NCBI GenBank assembly: GCA_965218795.1
Contig: OZ244653.1
Location: forward strand, 2,208,001 to 2,272,000
Reading direction: 5' to 3'
DNA length: 64,000 nucleotides
Source: a bacterium
GTDB lineage: Bacteria > UBA8248 > JACPRG01 > G963555815
The notes under the pieces are model-generated. The model had not been told where the DNA came from, made no database searches, and saw only the letters and a program-made list of their open reading frames with translations. The position numbers were made by a program, and so were the translations under genes. Positions 32,524-45,884 of the stretch are shown here, one piece after another (the first letter of the stretch is position 1; the number at the start of each line of letters is the position of its first letter).

Positions 32524-32808
32524 ATGACCGCCAAGCACGCCAAGCCCAACCGAACTTGGACCGTCGCCGAGGCCAAGGCGCGGCTGTCCGAGATCCTGCG
32601 TCTCGCCGAAGAGGAAGGACCTCAGCATATAGGCGCACGGAAGTCCTTCGTTGTAGTCCCCGCTCACGTATGGGCCGAGAAGGAATCGCAGCGTAAACCC
32701 ATGGGTCTGTGGTTGGTCGAGAATATGCCCCGGGGCGTGAACCTTGAGATTCCAAGCCGCGACGAGCCCGGACGCGACATCCCATTCATGACCCGGGAGG
32801 GCGAATGA
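32524..32808 (+). CDS. Phd/YefM-family antitoxin
   Basis: WTVAEAKARLSEILRLAEEEGPQHI; GGAGG RBS; overlaps PIN gene. Confidence 0.85.
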   Translation: MTAKHAKPNRTWTVAEAKARLSEILRLAEEEGPQHIGARKSFVVVPAHVWAEKESQRKPMGLWLVENMPRGVNLEIPSRDEPGRDIPFMTREGE

Positions 32809-33220
32809 GCGGCTTTCTCCTGGACACCAACGTGGTCTCGGAGCTCACGAAGGATGCGCCGGACCCGCGGGTCGTCGCGTTCCTTGCCGCTCAAGACCAT
32901 CTATGGCTGTCGGTCATCGTCCTGCATGAGCTGGAATTCGGCTTGCATAGGCTCCCGCCGGGGCGTCGCCGCGACCGTATCAGTGGTGCCTTGTCGGCGT
33001 TCTTCACCGAGTACGAGGACCGAATCCTGCCGCTGGACCGTCCAGAAGCTGAGCAGGCGGCCATGCTGAGGGAGCAAGCGCATCGATTCGGACGTGTCCT
33101 GCATCTGGGCGACGCGCTCATCGCCGGAACCGCCAAGGCCCACGATTTGTCGGTCGCAACGAGAAATGTCGTGGACTTCGAGGGCTTGGACGTCGATGTC
33201 ACCAACCCCTGGGAGGCGAC

Positions 33221-33224
<4 letters not shown>
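32805..33224 (+). CDS. vapC: VapC PIN-domain toxin
   Basis: [32 protein letters not shown]. Confidence 0.9.
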
Positions 33225-36315
<3,091 letters not shown>

Positions 36316-36565
36316 AGACTTCGTATCCGAGAACGCTGCGCGGGCGGAACTGATGGGCAGGCGTCACGTCCAAGCCCAGCCTCAAACCTCCGTTGTCAGC
36401 ATCGCACTGATGCAAGCACAATGCTTCACGTTGCTCCAGCCCGCGCTGGCTGGAGGCATGGCTGGGAGCGTGCGCGAAGAACGGCGGCCGGGCGCCGGAC
36501 GACCCCTCGCCGTGGCTGCCGTGGTCGATGAGCGGGGAACGCAGGCGCGCCCTCATGGCGCCGGG

Positions 36566-37451
36566 ATGAGCGGCGCGGTCGAGTGCCGCTATTACGGCCG
36601 TGACTTCACGACGCAAGAGATGGGGCTGCTGCGCTCGCTGATCGCCGGCCCTCCGGCGCTGAACCGCCATGCGCTGTCCAAGGAGTTCTGCCGGCGCATC
36701 GGCTGGCGCAAGCCCGACGGCGGGCTCAAGGACATGATGGCCGGGGTGACCATGCTGGCCATGCACAAAGACGGCCTGATCGCCCTGCCGCCGCCGAAGT
36801 GGCGGCAGAACCGGCCCGGGCTGATCGTCTTCGGTCCGGAGACCGAACCACCGCCGGTCCCGGCGCCGGCCACCCTGGAGGAGGTCCGCCCGCTCGACAT
36901 GCGGATCGTCGTCCGCGGCACCGCCGGGGGCAAGCGGTGGAACGAGTTCGTCGCCCGCTCGCTACCACTATCTCGGCTACAAGACCCTCGTCGGCGCCCA
37001 GATGCGCTACGCCGTCCACGACCGCGACGGCCGGCCGGTCGCCATGCTCGGCTTCAGCTCCGCCGCGTGGAAGCTCGCGCCGCGCGACCGCTTCATCGGT
37101 TGGACGCCGCAACTGCGCGAGAAGAACCTCCCCCTCGTGGTCGACAACCCGAGGTTCCTCATCCTGCCCTGGAGCAAGATCCCCAACCTGGGCTCGCACA
37201 TCCTCGCCATCGTCCGCCGGCGCCTGCCCGGGGACTGAGCCGGGCGCTACAACACAACCCCCGTGCTCATCGAGACCTTCGTCCAGACCCCGCGCTACAC
37301 CGGCGCCGTCTACAGGGCATCGGGCTGGATCCATGTCGGAACCACCCAGGGACGCGGACGCTACGACAGGCACACGAAACGTGCCCAACCGAAAAAGGAC
37401 ATCTGGCTCCGCCCACTCAGAAAAAATTGGAAACGAACCCTCAACAGCTAA
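36566..37451 (+). pseudogene. IS-associated DUF4338 domain protein, frameshift and internal stop
   Basis: RYYGRDF, LSKEFCRRIGW, YHYLGY, GFSSAAWKLAPRDRFIGW, NPRFLILPW, LIETFV, YRASGW..VGTTQGRGR. Confidence 0.75.
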
Positions 37452-37644
37452 AGTCAGCCCCCCATCACGGCCCGGCCGAACGATTACGCCTGCTCAGTAC
37501 ATGCCAAGCGCCGCTGTCTCAAAGTTGTTGACAGGTTTCGATACCCCGGGCGGTTCACTGCGCGTCCAGGCGTGGTTTTGTGGAATGTCTATTCCACCCG
37601 CACAGCGCAACTGTGCCCCCGTCCCGCTGCCCGCTGCGTCCGGC

Positions 37645-37986
37645 CTATTCCACCATGCGCTTGAGCCCGCTCAGCGGCTGAACCTTGACCGACCGTGAGG
37701 CCGGCTTCGCGGTCACCGTGATTTCCTCGCCGGTGAAGGGCGAGATCATCTTGCGCGCCTTTCTTGCCGGCTTGCGCACCGTCTTGATTTTCAGAAGGCC
37801 GGGAAGCGTGAACGTTCCCACAGCACGTCTCTTGATATGACGCTCAATGACCAGTCCGAGTTCGTCGAGCACCAGGGCCACCTCCTTCTTGTGAAGTCCC
37901 GTTGATTCGGACAGCGCGTTCAAGAGCTGGGTCTTCGTCATCGCCTCCTTGAGCGCCGTGTTCCTGCGGTTTCCGGATGTCGCCAT
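37645..37986 (-). CDS. HU-family histone-like DNA-binding protein
   Basis: MTKTQLLNALSESTGL, FTLPGLLKI, PFTGEEITV.AKPASRSVKV; GGAGGAG RBS. Confidence 0.9.
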   Translation of the reverse strand: MATSGNRRNTALKEAMTKTQLLNALSESTGLHKKEVALVLDELGLVIERHIKRRAVGTFTLPGLLKIKTVRKPARKARKMISPFTGEEITVTAKPASRSVKVQPLSGLKRMVE

Positions 37987-38179
37987 CACATATCTCCTCC
38001 CATTTGCGCCGCCATGCCCGGCGACTGTTGCGCCAGATCTCCGCTCGTCGCCACCATCATTAGTGAATTTAATTGGTGAATCATAGAACGCAATGAAAAC
38101 GGTATTGGAAAATATATCCGGCTGCCGCCATGTTGGATGGTGGTTCCGGCTGATGCCAACGTGGTTCATTTGGCTGGGA

Positions 38180-38235
38180 CCCCACGCCGCCCTGGGTGAC
38201 CTCAGCCCGAATGACTTCGAGCGGTCCGCGGCGAA
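38180..38235 (+). repeat. IS3 transposase C-terminal scrap; 26/29 nt identical to revcomp of 8881-8909
   Basis: CCTGGGTGACCTCAGCCCGAATGACTTCG; encodes PHAALGDLSPNDFE. Confidence 0.55.
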
Positions 38236-38543
38236 GGCAACGCCGGAGCGCGGGAAACCGGCGGAGAAGGATTTCGGCGGCGGTCTCAAGCCCATGAGAG
38301 ATGCCACCGAAGAGCCCGGTTGTGGTGCAATTCCCCGGGACGATCTCGAGCCCGGTGAACGTGGGGACACGCGCCTTGCATCGTGGCGGGCCCGAACTGG
38401 CTACATGATGTAATGGGTCAGGAGGGCGCGTCGCTCTCTCGACATATGGCGCGGGCTGCACGAAAATAGTATGAAAGCCGCCGGATCGGAACAGTACGGT
38501 CATCCGGGCAAACCCAGTCGGGGGATACTCGCGAGGAGTGACT

Positions 38544-39317
38544 ATGCCGAAAAACGGACAATCGCAGAGCTTGGCGGTTCTGATCGATGCCGACAATACC
38601 AGCGCGCGACATGCTCACGCGATCTTCGAGGAGGTCGTCAAGCTGGGTGAAGCCAATGTCCGGCGGATCTACGGCGATTTCTCCGGAACCCGTCTTGCCG
38701 GATGGGACAGGGAGATCCAGTCTCTTGCGATCCTGCAGCACCAGCAGCGCAAGAACACGACGGGCAAGAACGCCGCCGACATCGCGCTCGTGATCGACGC
38801 CATGGACCTGATGCACAAGGGCAAGCTGGACGGCTTCTGCCTCGTCAGTTCCGACAGCGACTTCACGCGTCTGGCGCAGCGCCTGCGGGAGGACGGGCTC
38901 GTGGTCTACGGGTTCGGCGAGCGCAAGACCCCGGAGGCATTCCGCAGCGCCTGCAACCGGTTCATCTATGTCGACAACCTGACCGAAGCCGGCGCGGAGA
39001 AAGCGAACGGTGGCGCGGCCGCCGCGACGCCGGCGGCAAAGAAGGAATCTCCGTCAAAGGCCGTAAAAATCATCGCCAAGGCGATCGAGGACTCGGACGA
39101 TGACGGCTGGGCGAATCTCGGCAATGTCGGCAGCCGGATACTCGGCGCGGCGCCGGATTTCGATCCGCGCACCTACGGCTGTCCCAACCTGAGTACGCTG
39201 GTCACGAAGTCCGGAGGTTTTGAAATCCGGAAGGATCCGGGCAATGCGGTGCATATCCGCCGCAAGGTTTCGGGCCGCAAAACGCAGGGCAAGTCGGGCA
39301 GCGGCAAGGCCAAATGA
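38544..39317 (+). CDS. NYN-domain (LabA/DUF88) protein with C-terminal OST-HTH/LOTUS
   Basis: LAVLIDADN, RRIYGDF, GKNAADIALVIDAMDL, VSSDSDFTRLA, DFDPRTYG. Confidence 0.9.
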   Translation: MPKNGQSQSLAVLIDADNTSARHAHAIFEEVVKLGEANVRRIYGDFSGTRLAGWDREIQSLAILQHQQRKNTTGKNAADIALVIDAMDLMHKGKLDGFCLVSSDSDFTRLAQRLREDGLVVYGFGERKTPEAFRSACNRFIYVDNLTEAGAEKANGGAAAATPAAKKESPSKAVKIIAKAIEDSDDDGWANLGNVGSRILGAAPDFDPRTYGCPNLSTLVTKSGGFEIRKDPGNAVHIRRKVSGRKTQGKSGSGKAK

Positions 39318-39449
39318 AAATCAGTCCGAACCGGGGCGCGGGGCATTCCAACTGCCCGGCCTGGCGAAGCGCTTTCCGACGGGCGAACAACAGAAAGCGC
39401 GGCACCAGAGATTCGGGAAAACCGTGGCGCCGGGAGCGCATCCCGGAGT

Positions 39450-39960
39450 TCGACGTATGATGCCTCGCGCCAGATTGCCGCTCCGATGGACGATTTGCAT
39501 GCGGCGGAGATGTCCAGGCAAACTTTCTTTGGCCGCCCGATTTTTCGGAGCCGGTTCAACGGCTCAACGCCCGGATCAGCACGTCCATCAACAGCGGCGT
39601 CTACCGTGCCTTCTTCGAAGGGAACGCGGAGAAAAGGAGGATCATGTCCAGGACGTGACAGATGCGTTCACGACGATGGATCAGCGCCTGTCCGTATGCC
39701 GTTTTCTTCACGGCGACAGGCTAGCTGCGAGCGATTTTTGGCTGTTTCCCACCCTGTTGTGTTTAGATGGGTTTTATTCAGAGCTTTTCGGGCTCGGGTT
39801 CCAACTTGGGGGTTTTGAGAAGCTCGGACCTTCCATGCGTGACCTGTGGAGCCTGAAGGCATTCTACGCGTCAAGAGACCTGGAGAGGATTGAAGCTCAC
39901 GACTACCGCAGCCTTTTGCACGGACCTAAATCGCCATCCTGCACCGGATTTTGTGAATGA
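39450..39960 (+). pseudogene. Glutathionyl-hydroquinone reductase (YqjG-like GST) remnant
   Basis: INSGVYRA, RLSVCRFLHGDRL..SDFWLFPTL, degenerate C-terminus. Confidence 0.5.
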
Positions 39961-40011
39961 CTCGACAATGATCGAGCCGACGCAAACGGCAATAGCGCCC
40001 TGGGAGGAAGA

Positions 40012-41253
40012 ATGAGCCGAACGGCCATCGGACCCGCCCTTCGTACCGGCGAATTCGTTCCCCTCGTCGCCCTCCTGATGTCGCTCGTCGCGCTCGCGAC
40101 CGACGCGATGCTGCCGGCGCTGCCCGCGATTGGCCACGATCTCGGGGCCCCGCGCCGAAACGACGTCCAGTTCGTCATCACGGCTTTGTTCCTGGGGCTC
40201 GGCCTTGGTCAGATTGTTTTCGGTCCTCTCTCCGACCGCATCGGACGCAAGCCCGCTATTCATGCCGGCCTCGTCCTGTTCATGGCCGGATGTCTCATGA
40301 GCATCTTCGCACCCACCTTCGAGGTGATGATCGCGGGTCGCGTACTGCAGGGCATCGGAGTCGCGGGACCGCGCATCGTGACCATGGCCCTGGTGCGCGA
40401 TCAGTACGAAGGACGCCAAATGGCTCGTCTCATGTCGTTCGCGATGGCCGTGTTCATCCTCGTTCCCACTGTCGCCCCGGCCCTCGGACAGGGGATCCTG
40501 TGGCTGGGAGGCTGGCGCGCGATATTCACCACCTTCTTCGCCATGGCCGTGATCGCATTCGCATGGTTTGCACTTCGCCAGCCCGAAACCCTGCCCGCCG
40601 CCCGTCGGCGACCCGTCTCCCCTCGGGCCATCGGCGGAGCCGTCCTGGAAGTTCTGAGGATTCGGGCCACGCTCGGATATACCCTCGCCACCGGATGCGC
40701 GTTCGCGCCGTTCGTTGCCTACCTGAGCTCTGCCCAGCAAGTCTTCCAGGAGGCCTACAGGACCGGCGCACTATTTCCGATCTATTTCGGAGTGCTGGCG
40801 CTTGCCATCGGAGGCGCCTCGCTCGCGAACGGCCGCCTCGTGATGAAGCATGGGATGCGCCGGCTCTCGAGGGCGGCGACGGTGTCCATCACACTGGTCT
40901 CGGTCGTTGCGTGGACGCTGGCCTTCGCCTTCGAGGGGCTTCCTCCGTTGTGGCTATTCATGGCCTACCTGCTCGTTGTCTTTCTCTGCATCGGACTCCT
41001 CTTCGGAAATCTGAACGCGCTCGCCATGGAGCCCCTCGGCCACATCGCCGGACTGGGAGCGGCAGTGGTCGCTTCGCTCTCCACCTTCATCTCGGTACCG
41101 CTCGGAGTGCTCGTGGGACAAAGCTTCGATGGAACCATGTACGCCCAGATTGCCGCCTTCGCGGTCTGCGGAGCAGGGGCCTTCGTTGCAATGAACTGGG
41201 CCGAGGGAGATGGAGGCGCACAACGCAGCCGAGATGCCATCGCCCGATTGTGA
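40012..41253 (+). CDS. Bcr/CflA-family MFS efflux transporter
   Basis: DAMLPALPAIG, GPLSDRIGRKP, GRVLQG, APALG, PETLP; about 12 TM segments. Confidence 0.9.
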   Translation: MSRTAIGPALRTGEFVPLVALLMSLVALATDAMLPALPAIGHDLGAPRRNDVQFVITALFLGLGLGQIVFGPLSDRIGRKPAIHAGLVLFMAGCLMSIFAPTFEVMIAGRVLQGIGVAGPRIVTMALVRDQYEGRQMARLMSFAMAVFILVPTVAPALGQGILWLGGWRAIFTTFFAMAVIAFAWFALRQPETLPAARRRPVSPRAIGGAVLEVLRIRATLGYTLATGCAFAPFVAYLSSAQQVFQEAYRTGALFPIYFGVLALAIGGASLANGRLVMKHGMRRLSRAATVSITLVSVVAWTLAFAFEGLPPLWLFMAYLLVVFLCIGLLFGNLNALAMEPLGHIAGLGAAVVASLSTFISVPLGVLVGQSFDGTMYAQIAAFAVCGAGAFVAMNWAEGDGGAQRSRDAIARL

Positions 41254-41391
41254 TCGTCCATCGTCCGCTTGGTATCTCCCGATGCCGCAACAGCCATCAC
41301 TACGCGCCGCAATCTGCTTCAATGTGCTCGCGCCGCCAAGGTCGCGGGAATGACGGTCTGAGAATTCGTGGCGATGATGACCTTGGCGCAA

Positions 41392-42508
41392 CTAGGGGGC
41401 TGTAACATATAGCTGTTTAGTGATATATTTTCTCTCATGAGAGAGAAAACGGATGTTGTTTTGACTCCAGCGGAACGTACGGAACTTGGCAAACGAGCGT
41501 CAAGCCGTAGCGGTCGCGCCGACGATGCCCGTATCGCTCGGGTGTTGCTCTTGTTGGCAGACGGGGCGAGCTACACACGGATCCAGCAGACCATCGGTTG
41601 CACGGCGCCTTTTGTGAGCAAGTGGAAATGTCGATTCTTGAAGGAGCGTCTTGCGGGGCTCTACGCGCGTCACCAGGGACGTCCGGTTCAGGTGCTCACG
41701 CCTCGGATGCAAGCAAGGATTCTTTCGTGGACAAAGAAAAAGCCGACCGACGGTTCGACTCATTGGAGCACGCGCCGGCTGGCGAAAAAGTTGGGAATCC
41801 ATCACATGATGGTAGCCCGTACTTGGAAGAAACATGGTTTCCAGCCACACCGCATCGAGCGCTACAAAGCCTCGGACGATCCGGACTTCGAAACCAAGGC
41901 AGCGGACATCATCGGTCTGTATATGAATCCGCCTCAGCACGCCGCGGTGTTTTGTATGGATGAGAAAATGGCGATTCAAGCGTTGGATCGACGGGACCCG
42001 ATCTTGCCGCTGTCTCCCGGTCGGGCTGAGCGACACGGTTTCGAATACGTTCGTCACGGAACGCTTTCTCTCTACGCCGCCTTCAATACGAAGACGGGAG
42101 CAGTTGAGGGCAAGACCGTTCGCCGCCATACAAGCCAGGAGTTTGTCGCGTTCTTGGAGCAGCTGGTGGCGAGCCACAAGTCGAAACGTGAAATCCACAT
42201 CATCCTCGACAATTTGTCGGCTCACAAGACGGCTAAGGTCCAGCAGTGCCTTGACGCCCATCCGAAGGTCCAGTTGCACTTCATCCCTACCTCTTCCTCC
42301 TGGCTGAACAAAGTCGAACTGTGGTTCTCTGAGATCGAACGCGACTTGATCCATCGCGGTGTGTTCACGTCGACCAAAGACTTGGCCCGCAAAATCATGC
42401 TCTACATTCGCAAGTACAACCAAGCTCCCAAGCCCGTGAAGTGGACCTACTGCGATCCGTCTCGACGTATCAACAACTACTAAACGTTCATCTGTTACAG
42501 TCCACTAG
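41392..42508 (+). mobile_element. IS630-family insertion sequence
   Basis: Terminal IRs CTAGGGGGCTGTAACATATAGCTGTTTAG / revcomp CTAGTGGACTGTAACAGATGAACGTTTAG, each with CTAG (TA target). Confidence 0.9.
41437..42483 (+). CDS. IS630-family transposase (intact)
   Basis: HWSTRRLA, FCMDEK, YVRHGT, ILDNLSAHK, SSWLNKVELWF. Confidence 0.93.
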   Translation: MREKTDVVLTPAERTELGKRASSRSGRADDARIARVLLLLADGASYTRIQQTIGCTAPFVSKWKCRFLKERLAGLYARHQGRPVQVLTPRMQARILSWTKKKPTDGSTHWSTRRLAKKLGIHHMMVARTWKKHGFQPHRIERYKASDDPDFETKAADIIGLYMNPPQHAAVFCMDEKMAIQALDRRDPILPLSPGRAERHGFEYVRHGTLSLYAAFNTKTGAVEGKTVRRHTSQEFVAFLEQLVASHKSKREIHIILDNLSAHKTAKVQQCLDAHPKVQLHFIPTSSSWLNKVELWFSEIERDLIHRGVFTSTKDLARKIMLYIRKYNQAPKPVKWTYCDPSRRINNY

Positions 42509-42509
42509 G

Positions 42510-42880
42510 GGAAGAACGACCGGCAGAAGGCGATCTCCTCGGTGATGTCTTCGAAGCGTCCAGGGAAGCCGGGATGGTCCTTCAGGGTCTTGAACTGCGC
42601 TCGGAGAAGGAGTTGTCATCGCTGACATGTGGGCGGCTCATCAAGCGGGTCACCCCGAGGCCGGCGAGTCGTTGCACGGTACACTTGCTGGTCATGGGCG
42701 CGCCGCGGTCGGAGTGCAGGGTAAGCACCTGGGGCTCGATGTCTTACTTCAGGCGGCTGAAGATATCGAGCACGACGTAAGATAGTAAGGACGTCCAGCG
42801 CTTCGGGCCCAGCAGCCGCGTGATATCCCAGGACCAGGTGGGGTGCAACGGGCCGACAGGGACTCGCCTGGATGCGCGGG
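42510..42880 (-). pseudogene. IS3-family transposase remnant
   Basis: WSWDIT, VLDIFSR, LHSDRGAPMTSK, SRPHVSDDN across broken frames; cut by IS630. Confidence 0.7.
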
Positions 42881-43286
42881 CGTTTTAACGAATCCGCTTT
42901 CATTTTGATTACAAACTACGCAAGGTGAGTTCCGAGCAAGGGCAGGAAAAATATATATTATCCAATAATATCAATAGGATAGTAGAGTTTCATGGCTGAA
43001 AGAATATCTTTATTTATATAACTGTATTGAAAATGGGGAGAGAGGAAACCGAAAGGCGAGACATCTTGTCTTCTTGGGATTTTGAATCGGGCCTTCTTCA
43101 TCATTCCTGGCTTGGTTGCCAAAGCCACTGCCGGCGAGCCGGCAAGTGCGGCTTCCGGGACTTATCTGGATTTTGCGGATACCCTTTCCTCGGCTCGCTC
43201 ACGATGGGTCTCTATGCCTCATCCATCCAAGCGAGAGGTCATAATGGGGCCGGGAAAAACCAGAAGGGAGGGTTGAGGAGTCGATT

Positions 43287-43630
43287 TCAGGCCCACGCGC
43301 GGTTTGCCGTTTTGACGATCCACCGCTGCTTTCGGGTTTGATCTTCCAGAGAAATCCGGTTCCCGATGACGGACGTTGCAAACCCACATTGTGGACTGAG
43401 GGCGAGACGCTCCACGGGAACAAACCGGGCGGCTTCCTGAATTCGGACGATGAACCCCTCCGAGGGTTTCAGGTGCGGGGATTTCGTCGTCACAAGACCG
43501 GGTACGACGCTCATGTCGTCGGGGATCCACCGAAGGGGTTCGAATAAACCCGACCGCTCATCGTCCTATTCGAGCAGAATCCGCTTGGCCTTGATATTTC
43601 GAAAAATCGGTTGGGTGATGAATGGGACCT
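43287..43630 (-). pseudogene. Cobalamin-independent methionine synthase II-like C-terminal remnant
   Basis: ILLE*DDERSG.FEP, GLVTTKSP, ERLALSPQCGFATS. Confidence 0.7.
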
Positions 43631-43639
43631 GATTGAATA

Positions 43640-43830
43640 TCTCATATAGAACTAAACACAGAATACTGGCGAAGCTTCCAACGCTGCTGGCGAAACCCTG
43701 GACGGAGCCCTGATACCGATCTCCCGCCGCTCTGGAGAGGATGGACAGAAAGGACGGCCACATGACCCCGTTTCCGCAGGCGAAGAGCACGGCCGCACCG
43801 TAAACCATCAACCTGTCGTCGGAGGGATGA
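43640..43830 (-). pseudogene. MFS transporter fragment
   Basis: LFACGNGVMWPSFLSILSRAAGDRYQGSVQGFASSVGSFASI, fused to MetE-like remnant. Confidence 0.55.
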
Positions 43831-43987
43831 CACCATATCCCAGCGCCCCGATGAAATTCACCAGCAGCACGGGGCAGACAGAGACGCCCCTGTCTCCCCC
43901 CGAGACATCCATAAAACTTTTGCCCGACTCCGTGTGACCAGGAATTTTGTGTGGGACGGCGGATGCCAGACGGTCCCGATTAGACGA

Positions 43988-44410
43988 TTAGAAGGCTTGC
44001 GTCCCCTCGATAACCTTCAAAGCCTCTTGGGCGACTTCCAGATCCTGCTCGCCCGTCCCCGAGCCGACACCAATGCCGCCGATGCAATGGCCATCGACGA
44101 CGATGGGGAGACCGCCCTTGAGGTTCGTCAGCTTTCCGCCGGTCGCGTGCGCAAGCTTGAGCTCGTTGTCCTTGGAAACGCCCGACGTGGGAACGCGGCT
44201 GGAGGCGGCCGTCATGGCCTTGCGGGTCGAGGAATCAATGCTCAGGACCTTGGCCCCATCCATCCGAACGAAGGCCAGCAGATGTCCGCCGTCGTCTACC
44301 ACGGCGATGCACTGAGGCTGCCCCATCGCTTCCGCCTTTTGGACGGCGGCCTGCAAAAGCTTCAGGGCTCCTTCGTGCGTCAGCTTCAAGAAAGGCTTCG
44401 TGTCCGTCAT
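43988..44410 (-). CDS. GlcG/HbpS-family heme-binding protein
   Basis: IAVVDDGGHLLAFVRMDGA, KAMTA, GGLPIVVDG..IGGIGVG. Confidence 0.88.
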   Translation of the reverse strand: MTDTKPFLKLTHEGALKLLQAAVQKAEAMGQPQCIAVVDDGGHLLAFVRMDGAKVLSIDSSTRKAMTAASSRVPTSGVSKDNELKLAHATGGKLTNLKGGLPIVVDGHCIGGIGVGSGTGEQDLEVAQEALKVIEGTQAF

Positions 44411-44561
44411 GATCTGCTCTCCCTTCGCAAAATGGGCGGATGCTCCCCCGCCGCTGCGGAAAGCGCATCCGGTTCCGTGCATGTCGCGAATATCCCAGAC
44501 CTTGCCGGTTTGTGAGGATGGTTGTCAAGAAAAGGTTGACTGGAGGAAGCCGGAGGAATCA

Positions 44562-45779
44562 TCATCCGGCGCTGATTGCGCTTTTTCCTTCACGGCTCCC
44601 ACTCGAACCTCGGACAACAACGATCGACGCCAGGAACGCCACCACTCCGCTGATGATGAAGGTCGCCGGCAGTCCCAGCTCGTCCACCAGAATCCCCGAT
44701 ACCAGCGGCCCCACGGCCAGTCCAAGGGTGAGCGAGGTCGAGTACAGTCCGAGGGTTGCCCCCATCCCCATCTCCCGCCCCTGCCCGACCATGAGAGCGT
44801 ACCCCGCCGGCATATAGAATCCCTGGGCCAGACCCATCGTCCCGCATACGGCCGCGAGGGTCCAGAAACCGGGGGCCCACGTCATGGCCGACAAACAAAC
44901 AGCCAGCAGGAAGGTGCCCGCCGCCATCAGAAGCCAACGGTTGAGATGATCGGCGATATAGCCTCCCGGAGACATGATCACCGCCGTGAAGAAGGCCACC
45001 GCGCCCACGGCGATGCCGGCGTCGTACGTTGAAAGCTTGAGGGTGCCGACGGCATAGAGAGGAACGAACGCCCATGCTGTCGAAATCCCGAAGGAGACGA
45101 GAAATCGATGGCCGCAGAGTCGCCTGAGAGGCTTGCGGGAGACCATATCTTTCCAGATGGGACTGGGTTGCGCCTGAACCGTTCCGTCTCCCCTGGGCCC
45201 TCCCCCGGATGTGGCCGATTCCGGCATGAAAAACAGGATGACCAGACCGATCAACACGCCCGCCGTCGCCAGGAAATAAAACGGCGCCTCCAGAGAAAAA
45301 CGGGATTCAAGCAATCCCCCGATGAATGGGCCCAGCGCCAGCCCACCAAAAAACGAGATGTTCAGCGTTCCCATCGTGAAGGCTTCCCGACGGGAAGAGG
45401 CGAATTCTCCGAAATACGCCATCAGGACCGGAATCACCATTCCCGCCCCGATACCTTGGACCGTCCGGATGATGAGGAGCGTTATCCGATCCGACGCAAT
45501 CGTAAAACCGAAGGCCGCAACGATGAACAGAACCAGTCCCGTCAACAGAAACGGCCTTCGGCCCAGTCGGTCGGAGGCGCGTCCGCAAAGGGGCATGGCA
45601 ATCGTGCGGGCCACCATATCGACCGCGAATAATGCACCCATCCACGCACCGGAGGCGCCCGCCCGTTGAGCGAAAATCGGCAGAAGGGGCGCAATCATGA
45701 CCAAGCCAATCGTCACGATGACGTTCGTCACGAACATGATGGCGACGCCGCGAAATCGCGTCTTGGACGGGACCGTCAC
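44562..45779 (-). CDS. MFS transporter
   Basis: GRASDRLGRRP motif A, RTVQGIG, GPFIGG, GYIADHLNR; GGGAGG RBS before GTG 45779. Confidence 0.88.
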   Translation of the reverse strand: MTVPSKTRFRGVAIMFVTNVIVTIGLVMIAPLLPIFAQRAGASGAWMGALFAVDMVARTIAMPLCGRASDRLGRRPFLLTGLVLFIVAAFGFTIASDRITLLIIRTVQGIGAGMVIPVLMAYFGEFASSRREAFTMGTLNISFFGGLALGPFIGGLLESRFSLEAPFYFLATAGVLIGLVILFFMPESATSGGGPRGDGTVQAQPSPIWKDMVSRKPLRRLCGHRFLVSFGISTAWAFVPLYAVGTLKLSTYDAGIAVGAVAFFTAVIMSPGGYIADHLNRWLLMAAGTFLLAVCLSAMTWAPGFWTLAAVCGTMGLAQGFYMPAGYALMVGQGREMGMGATLGLYSTSLTLGLAVGPLVSGILVDELGLPATFIISGVVAFLASIVVVRGSSGSREGKSAISAG

Positions 45780-45884
45780 AGTGAAACCTCCCCGCTTGCC
45801 GGGTGAATCAAGGCCCTTACCGGCCCCCGGCAACATCCTGCATACGCCTGTACGCCTCACGAAAAGGAATAGAAGGGGACGATT

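Noticed and set aside
37236-37238. In-frame TGA as selenocysteine, given nearby sen genes
   Set aside because: Position fits a Trp codon (TGG to TGA) in an already frameshifted gene; no Cys-equivalent context
43100-43200. Cobalamin riboswitch (GCCACTG) near the MetE-like remnant
   Set aside because: Lies downstream of and antisense to the gene; other B12-box elements not found
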